Shown here piece by piece: positions 57,798 through 64,000 of a DNA stretch of 64,000 bases. How positions within the stretch are numbered: position 1 is the stretch's first letter; each line of letters begins with the position of its first letter. Position numbers and translations under genes: made by a program. The notes under the pieces were generated by a model. It had not been told where the DNA came from. It saw only the letters and a program-made list of their open reading frames with translations, and ran no database searches. Source of the stretch: a virus (lineage: Duplodnaviria; Caudoviricetes); IMG/VR virus record IMGVR_UViG_3300032295_004079, positions 1 to 64,000 of that record, one strand, 5' to 3'.

Positions 57798-59500
57798 GTT
57801 ATAAAAAATGTTATGCTACTCGATTAGGTGGAAATAAATATAAAATTCACCTATGGGATGAAGCTGGTTATGATGAGATTGAGTGGTCTAATGCAGCTTA
57901 TCAAGAATGTGATGAAAGTGAATCCGAATTTAGGGGCTTGAATTATGAGCCCCTAAAACGGGTTTACAAATGGGATAAAAATACTACCCATTTGCATTTT
58001 CATGACATGAAACCTCACCAAAAATTTCTTATTGAAAGATATAAGACAGACGATACTCCATCCAAAGGACATAGAGAACTATTTTTCGATATAGAGTGCG
58101 AAATTGGAGGTGCTTTAACTGAAGAATACATTGAAAAGGCTCCTATGCCTATTACCTCTATAGCGTATTGGGATAAAACACCAAACAAATGGGTGATTTT
58201 AATTTTGGATAAACAAAGCCAACTACAACCCTTTAAATCCGAAGATAAAGAAATTATTCCTATTGCTACCGAAAGGCAATTGCTTACTAAATTTATTGAA
58301 CATTTTAGATCAATTGACCCAGACATACTAATAGGATATAACAGTGATTTCTTTGATATTCCTTACCTATACTACCGAATGTGTAATGTTTTAGGTAGTG
58401 AAGTAGCTAGTTATTTGTCTCCAATTAACCAAATAACATGCAAAAAAGGTAATGACTATTGGTATGTTGAAAACCAGTACGTTCAAATTGTAGGAGTTGA
58501 ATCTTTAGACTATATGCGCTTGCATAAAAAATATAGTTGGAAAGATGAGCCATCCTGGAAACTAGATGCTATTGGAGAAAAATATGCAGGGTTAAATAAA
58601 ATTGAATTTGATGGAAATTTGGATCAATTATTTGCCACTGACATTCACAAGTTTATAGAATATAACTTTCGTGACGTTGAAATTCTTAAAGCGTTAGATG
58701 AAAAACTCCAATACATTGGTTTAACAAAAAACTTGGCTCATAAAGGAAAACACAACTACAGTGAAGTATACCAAAACAGTGTAACTCAAGATGGAGCAAT
58801 TTCAGCTTATTTATTAGGAAATGGTATTATCCCACCTCGTAGAGATCCAAATCCACAAAGTAAAAAGGGATATGCTGGTGGATATTTGTTCTGCCCTAAA
58901 GCAGGTTTGTACAAGTATATGTTTGATGAAGATTTAACTTCACTATATCCTTCAATTATTATATCTTTAAACATTGGTAAAGAAACATATACTGGAAGAA
59001 TTTTAGATGCTGATGATAGAAACAATAGATTAGGTCTTGGAGATCTAAAGCAAATGGATCCAAACGAAACAGTACTGGTTGAAAATCCTAAAGGTAAGCA
59101 AGCTCGAGTAGAGATAGAAAAACTTATTAACATTATAGAAACCCAAAAATGGACTATTTCAGCTAATGGTTCTATGTTCAATACCAACCGTGAATCTACT
59201 TTAGCAACTATATTGAAAAAGTGGTTCCAAGAACGAGTTGACTATAAAAACTTGATGAAAAAAGCATACAAATCAGGAGATAAAGAAAAAGGTGAATATT
59301 ATCATTTGATGCAATACACAATGAAAATTCTACTTAACTCACTCTATGGTGCTACTGCTTTACCTTCATTTAGATATGGAATGAGCTTTTCTATCTTAAG
59401 TGAAGCTATTACATTGAGTGGATGGAGAATTATTCAAGAATCTGCTTTAGCAGCAAATCGTCACATGAACAAGGTAATTAAAGGGCAAATAACGCTATGA
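57794..59500 (+). CDS. Family B DNA polymerase, N-terminal part (3'-5' exonuclease, motifs A and B)
   Basis: FDIE, GYNS..FDIPY, YN.RDV, DLTSLYPS and KILLNSLYG motifs. Confidence 0.92.
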   Translation: MSYKKCYATRLGGNKYKIHLWDEAGYDEIEWSNAAYQECDESESEFRGLNYEPLKRVYKWDKNTTHLHFHDMKPHQKFLIERYKTDDTPSKGHRELFFDIECEIGGALTEEYIEKAPMPITSIAYWDKTPNKWVILILDKQSQLQPFKSEDKEIIPIATERQLLTKFIEHFRSIDPDILIGYNSDFFDIPYLYYRMCNVLGSEVASYLSPINQITCKKGNDYWYVENQYVQIVGVESLDYMRLHKKYSWKDEPSWKLDAIGEKYAGLNKIEFDGNLDQLFATDIHKFIEYNFRDVEILKALDEKLQYIGLTKNLAHKGKHNYSEVYQNSVTQDGAISAYLLGNGIIPPRRDPNPQSKKGYAGGYLFCPKAGLYKYMFDEDLTSLYPSIIISLNIGKETYTGRILDADDRNNRLGLGDLKQMDPNETVLVENPKGKQARVEIEKLINIIETQKWTISANGSMFNTNRESTLATILKKWFQERVDYKNLMKKAYKSGDKEKGEYYHLMQYTMKILLNSLYGATALPSFRYGMSFSILSEAITLSGWRIIQESALAANRHMNKVIKGQITL

Positions 59501-60456
59501 AACATTTAGAGGAAACACCTTGGTTTGTTTGTGATGAAGGAGATACTAACTTTTGTGCCTACATTGACACCGATTCTAATTACTTTAATGCTGAACCACT
59601 TCTAAAATATCTGTACCCTGATTTTGAATCTTTTGATGATAGCAAAAAAGATGAAATACTAGAGGAAATAGCACTTAAATATCAAAATATTATAACTGAA
59701 CATTATAATGTTTTAGCTAAAGAATGTTTTAATGTACCTGACTTTATTGGAGAGGAAGAACATAAACACCGTTTAGAAATGAAAACTGAGTGCGTTATCC
59801 GCTCAGCTTATTTTAGAGCCACAAGACGATACGCTCAGTGGATTACTAAAAAGGAAGGTATTACTAAAGAGGAACTAGACATTAAAGGTCTAGAGTTTAT
59901 GAAAGCTAATTTCCCTCCTATCTTTGGAGAGTTCTTTAATAGCATATTAGAACAAGTACTAAAAGGTGCACAACATAAAGATATTTTAGATCAAATTAAA
60001 ACCTTTAAAAAGCAGGTACTTAACGGAGAAATACCTATTAATAAACTAGGTAACCCTACTTCAGTTAAAAAGCTAGAAAAATACACAACCAAAAAACCTA
60101 GAGCAGGGGAAGTATTTACGCAAATAGAAAAAGGAGCACCTGCTCCTGTTCGAGCCGCAACGCGATACAATGACTTATTAAGATTATGGGGTTTAGATAA
60201 AAAACACAATTTAATAACCATGTCTGATAAAGTTAAATGGATCTATCTAAAAGATAATTCATACAAAATAGAGGCTCTAGCATTTCTAGATTATGATATG
60301 CCAGATAAAATTAAACAATTCCTTGATGCTTACGCTGATAAGCAACAAGTGTTTGATAGCATCCTGTTAAATAAACTTGAAGGTTTCTTTTCTGACTTAG
60401 GGTGGTCTTTAGATTTGAATCCCCATCTAAATTCATTATCTTCATTTGAAATTTAA
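59497..60456 (+). CDS. Family B DNA polymerase, C-terminal part (motif C and thumb)
   Basis: YIDTDS, RRYA and IKGLE motifs. ATGA overlap with the upstream half. Confidence 0.9.
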   Translation: MKHLEETPWFVCDEGDTNFCAYIDTDSNYFNAEPLLKYLYPDFESFDDSKKDEILEEIALKYQNIITEHYNVLAKECFNVPDFIGEEEHKHRLEMKTECVIRSAYFRATRRYAQWITKKEGITKEELDIKGLEFMKANFPPIFGEFFNSILEQVLKGAQHKDILDQIKTFKKQVLNGEIPINKLGNPTSVKKLEKYTTKKPRAGEVFTQIEKGAPAPVRAATRYNDLLRLWGLDKKHNLITMSDKVKWIYLKDNSYKIEALAFLDYDMPDKIKQFLDAYADKQQVFDSILLNKLEGFFSDLGWSLDLNPHLNSLSSFEI

Positions 60457-60461
60457 AATAT

Positions 60462-61187
60462 ATGATACACAAAAATAAGTTACTAAGTTTTATCTCTAAG
60501 TATTATCTTAATGGTTTAAATAACCAAGTCAAATGGAGAATTAAGGACAGTAAACTAATAGTTTACGGAGGAACAGCAGGTAGAGTTTGTAAGGTTGAAC
60601 TAGACAATTTTCCACTAGAGGATGGAGAACTAGGGATATTTGATACCCACAAACTAAGTAAGTTAGTTTCAATCACTAGTGGTGAATTAATGATTTTAAC
60701 TGAAAAAATTAAATCTATATTTACTAAACTACACCTTCAGGATGCAAATTTTAATTTAACGTATTCTTTAGCTGATGTTTTAATCTTAGGAAAAAACACT
60801 TACTATAATGATCCTGAAAAGTGGATTGTAGAAATTGATTTGGCAACTGAAGATGTTGATAATTTAATTAAAGCTAAAAATGCGTTAGCTGATGTAGATA
60901 ACATGTTAATTGCCACTAACAAGGATTTGGATGGCAATTATACGTGTGAATTTATCTTTGGAGATAACACGGGATTCTCAAATAAAATCACGTATCAAAT
61001 TACGTTAGGTTCAAACCCAATTGAAGAATTTCAAATCCCATTTGATTCAAATGTTTTAAGAGATATTTTATCTGCTAACAAAGATCAAGACAGATGTACA
61101 CTAAAGTTATCTCCTGAAGGTATTTTAAAACTAAACTTCTATTCAGATGATCTAAACAGTGAATACTTTGTAGCAAGAAACGAGTAG
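60462..61187 (+). CDS. Putative sliding clamp (gp45-like)
   Basis: 241 aa directly after PolB, with clamp-like pattern (GIFD..KL ... Y.VA). Confidence 0.5.
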   Translation: MIHKNKLLSFISKYYLNGLNNQVKWRIKDSKLIVYGGTAGRVCKVELDNFPLEDGELGIFDTHKLSKLVSITSGELMILTEKIKSIFTKLHLQDANFNLTYSLADVLILGKNTYYNDPEKWIVEIDLATEDVDNLIKAKNALADVDNMLIATNKDLDGNYTCEFIFGDNTGFSNKITYQITLGSNPIEEFQIPFDSNVLRDILSANKDQDRCTLKLSPEGILKLNFYSDDLNSEYFVARNE

Positions 61188-61197
61188 GCACTATATG

Positions 61198-61720
61198 TAT
61201 AATAAAGTAATACAGCTGGAGCGTATTAAATTTATGTTAAACCGAGGATCCTAGGACCTCACAAACCCGTATATCTTATGAGTACTTTATTTAATGAATT
61301 CGACATCCTATTTCACAACTTCTTCCACCCATCGAGTGGATTTCTCTCTGCCTCAACGGCAAAACAACCCCACCCTTTAAATATCTTTTATACCGAAGAC
61401 AAACTTCATTTTGAAGTTGCGTGCACCGGTCTTGCAAAAGAAGATGTAAACGTGAATATCGAAGACGATATTCTCAAAATCAGTTACAAGAAACCAGAAG
61501 AAGAAGAAACACTTCATCCTGGTACAATTTACAGAGGCTTAGCAAAACGTTCATTCGATCTAGGCTATAAAATCTCAGCAAAATATGATTTAAGTAAAGC
61601 AGAAGCCAAACTTGAAAATGGCTTGCTTGAGATTTCTATCCCAGTATCTGAAAAAGCTAAGTCAAAAGTTTTAAAGATAAAGTAAAAAACCCCTTTGCTC
61701 CAGCGTATTACTTTATTATA
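61198..61720. repeat. 25/24-nt inverted repeat bracketing hsp20
   Basis: TATAATAAAGTAATACAGCTGGAGC (61198-61222) and GCTCCAGCGTATTACTTTATTATA (61697-61720) are reverse complements with one indel. Confidence 0.85.
61278..61685 (+). CDS. Small heat shock protein (Hsp20 / alpha-crystallin domain)
   Basis: P.NI, G..KEDV.V, RSF, A.LENGLL.I.IP and terminal LKI motifs. Confidence 0.92.
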   Translation: MSTLFNEFDILFHNFFHPSSGFLSASTAKQPHPLNIFYTEDKLHFEVACTGLAKEDVNVNIEDDILKISYKKPEEEETLHPGTIYRGLAKRSFDLGYKISAKYDLSKAEAKLENGLLEISIPVSEKAKSKVLKIK

Positions 61721-61748
61721 TTTAGGTTATATCTAAAAATAAGTTATA

Positions 61749-62066
61749 ATGATTCGAAAACGAAAAACAAATCAAACTCTTACGGATTCAAAACTAGATC
61801 CCTTTTTTATTACTGTAGACGACTATTGTTTTACAATAAAAGAAAAAGTAACTCCAGATACTACCCACTTTAAATCAAATGGTGGAACTAAAGTATATGA
61901 ACGATCTTTATTCTATTATCCTAGCTTAGATACAGCTTTAGTTAAAATCTCTGAATTAAAGGCAGGTATGGGGGATTTTAATTCTCTGGATGAATATTTA
62001 AAAAATTATGAAACTATTAAAAACGAAATAAAAGAATACACACATGAACTTAGAAGCATTATTTGA
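61749..62066 (+). CDS. Hypothetical protein
   Basis: Intact 105-aa ORF downstream of TTG-N19-TATATTTA (61695-61724). Confidence 0.55.
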   Translation: MIRKRKTNQTLTDSKLDPFFITVDDYCFTIKEKVTPDTTHFKSNGGTKVYERSLFYYPSLDTALVKISELKAGMGDFNSLDEYLKNYETIKNEIKEYTHELRSII

Positions 62067-62340
62067 TGCCGTTATAGTTAAACCACAGGAAACTGAGGAA
62101 ACTACATTTGGAAACATCATTGTACCAGATTTGGGTAAAGAAAAAAACGAAACTGCTATTGTTGTAGCTGCAGGACCAGGTAAGTATTCAGTTACAGGTA
62201 ATTTTATCCCTAGCACTGTAAAAGTGGGAGATATAGTAGTATTGCCTACTATGGGATTTACAAAATTCCCATTTGATAACGAAGAATATTATGTAGGACC
62301 AGAAAGTCAAATTTTAGCAAGAATTAAAACTGAAGGATAA
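62044..62340 (+). CDS. groES: Co-chaperonin GroES
   Basis: L.D.VIVKP, T.GNIIVPD..KEK, VVA.GPG, VKVGD.V and ILA motifs. Confidence 0.9.
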   Translation: MNLEALFDAVIVKPQETEETTFGNIIVPDLGKEKNETAIVVAAGPGKYSVTGNFIPSTVKVGDIVVLPTMGFTKFPFDNEEYYVGPESQILARIKTEG

Positions 62341-63950
62341 TGGGAAAAGAAATAAATTTTGGAAACACAGCTCGTACCGAGCTAATGAAAGGAATTGATA
62401 TTTTAGCGGATGCGGTTGTAACTACTTTAGGTCCTAACGGACGAAATGTTGTAATTGCTAACAATGGTATTCCACAATCTACTAAAGATGGTGTTACTGT
62501 AGCTAAATCTATTACTCTTAAAAATGCTACTCAAGAAGTAGGTGTACAACTAGTTAAACAGGCTGCTATTAAAACCGCAGAAAAAGCAGGAGACGGTACA
62601 ACTACCTCTACTCTTTTAGCTAGAGAAATGGTTAGAGCAGGTTTGCAAGCTCTAAACAATGGAGAAAACGCTGTTGAAATCAAAAGAGAAATTGATAAAG
62701 CAGTTGACGCTATCGTAAAAAACCTAAGAGAAAATATCTCCGAAGATATTTCCTCTGAAGAACAACTAGAACAAATTGCTACTATTTCCTCTAACAACGA
62801 TCCTGAAACCGGAAAATTGATTGCAACCGCAATTGAAAAAGTAGGTATGGAAGGAGTAGTTCATATTGAAGAATCTAGAACTGGAGAAACATATCTTGAA
62901 ACTGTAGAAGGTATGCAGTTTGACAGAGGATACAAATCTCCATATTTTGTAACCAACAACAATAACATGACTGCAGTTTTGGAAAATGCTGTAGTGTTGA
63001 TTGCAGATCAAAAATTTACACAAGTAAAAGAATTGTTACCTATTCTAGAGGCAGTATCTTCACAAGGTAAATCACTTTTGATTATTGCAGAAGATGTGGA
63101 TGGTGAAGCGTTAGCTACTCTCATTGTAAACAAAATGAGAGGTATCATGAAAGTATGTGCTGTTAAAGCACCTGACTTTGGAGACAGAAGAAAATTAATT
63201 TTAGAAGACATTGCAGTTACAACTGGTGGTCAAGTATTCTCTAAAGAAAAAGGAATGAAACTTGAGAAATTTAGTTGGGACTGGTTCGGAGAAGCAAGAA
63301 CAATAACTATAGATAAAGAAACAACCACAATTGTCGATGGAAAAGGAAGAACTGAATCAATTGAAGCACGTATTGAAGAGCTACAACAACAAATCAACAA
63401 AGCACAAACCCCGTTTGAAATTGAAAAACTCCAAGAAAGACTGGCAAAGTTCGTCGGAGGAGTAGCTATCATTCACGTAGGTGGAGCTACTGAAACAGAA
63501 ATGAAGGAACTTAAGGATAGGGTAGATGATGCACTACACGCAACAAAAGCCGCTATTGAAGAAGGTATTGTACCAGGTGGTGGAGCTGCCCTATGGTATG
63601 CACGAGAAGCTCTCATGTACCCTAGTACAACAGGAGCAAAAATCGTTTACAAAGCATGTGGTAAACCATTTGAGCAAATTCTAGTAAATGCTGGATTCAG
63701 TTCAACTGAAGCCCAAATGGTAGGTTTACAACTTGATCCTTCTAACACCTGGTTAGGCTATAACATTAAGGAAGAAAAATGTGTAGACATGAAAGAAGCA
63801 GGTATCATCGATCCTACTAAAGTAACTAGAACAGCTCTACAAAACGCAGCTTCAGTTGCGGGTACTATTCTCTTAACTGAATGTACAGTTGTAGATGAAC
63901 CAGAAGAAGAAAAATCAAACCATATGGACCCTATGATGGGCATGATGTAA
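62340..63950 (+). CDS. groEL: Chaperonin GroEL
   Basis: TLGP.GRNV, TKDGVTVAK, AGDGTTT, FDRGY.SPYF, KAP.FGDRRK and GIVPGGG motifs with a Met/Gly tail. Confidence 0.97.
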   Translation: MGKEINFGNTARTELMKGIDILADAVVTTLGPNGRNVVIANNGIPQSTKDGVTVAKSITLKNATQEVGVQLVKQAAIKTAEKAGDGTTTSTLLAREMVRAGLQALNNGENAVEIKREIDKAVDAIVKNLRENISEDISSEEQLEQIATISSNNDPETGKLIATAIEKVGMEGVVHIEESRTGETYLETVEGMQFDRGYKSPYFVTNNNNMTAVLENAVVLIADQKFTQVKELLPILEAVSSQGKSLLIIAEDVDGEALATLIVNKMRGIMKVCAVKAPDFGDRRKLILEDIAVTTGGQVFSKEKGMKLEKFSWDWFGEARTITIDKETTTIVDGKGRTESIEARIEELQQQINKAQTPFEIEKLQERLAKFVGGVAIIHVGGATETEMKELKDRVDDALHATKAAIEEGIVPGGGAALWYAREALMYPSTTGAKIVYKACGKPFEQILVNAGFSSTEAQMVGLQLDPSNTWLGYNIKEEKCVDMKEAGIIDPTKVTRTALQNAASVAGTILLTECTVVDEPEEEKSNHMDPMMGMM

Positions 63951-64000
63951 GTTATGGAAAAAAAGGTTGTTGAAAAAAACATCAGAATCGCTCGGAGAAT

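Noticed and set aside
59400-59600. Intron or intein at the PolB split
   Set aside because: No intervening sequence, homing endonuclease or intein termini. The halves abut directly.
1-64000. Stop-codon reassignment
   Set aside because: Conserved genes are full length in the standard code, TAG and TGA end genes normally, and no suppressor tRNA is seen.
1-64000. Bacterial chromosome or prophage junction
   Set aside because: Uniform strand and shared promoter motifs throughout, with no integrase, att site or host operon. Host-like genes are interleaved with phage genes.

Overview
AT-rich, gene-dense 64 kb segment of a large contractile-tailed (myovirus-type) phage, with every credible gene on the + strand. 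A Bacteroidota host is inferred from the promoter shape, absence of Shine-Dalgarno motifs, a tmRNA tag starting G-E, and DUF4494-like and lipoprotein genes. Gene order: (1) 5'-truncated giant repeat tail fibre with an S74 chaperone; (2) a glycosyl-, methyl- and sulfotransferase cassette with a putative PAPS-supply pair; (3) sheath, tube, frameshifted tail chaperone, tape measure and baseplate; (4) PolA-like protein, SSB, RecA, 5'-3' exonuclease, DnaB, NrdB/NrdA; (5) an 8.6 kb cluster of exported and envelope proteins (CsgG-like, cohesin/dockerin/C-type lectin-like, lipoproteins, nuclease, beta-barrel) before the lysis genes; (6) 7-deazaguanine genes (DpdA/TGT-like, QueC, QueD, QueE, FolE) spread around an RNA island of 6 tRNAs, a tmRNA, a 155-nt tRNA-like RNA and two unassigned structured segments; (7) split PolB, putative clamp, Hsp20, GroES, GroEL. 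Best novelty candidates: the envelope module, the glycosylation/sulfation cassette with an [S/T]GS motif enriched in virion proteins, the giant-variable-arm tRNA-like RNA, and an inverted repeat bracketing hsp20. Family calls come from motifs recognised by eye; no searches were run.
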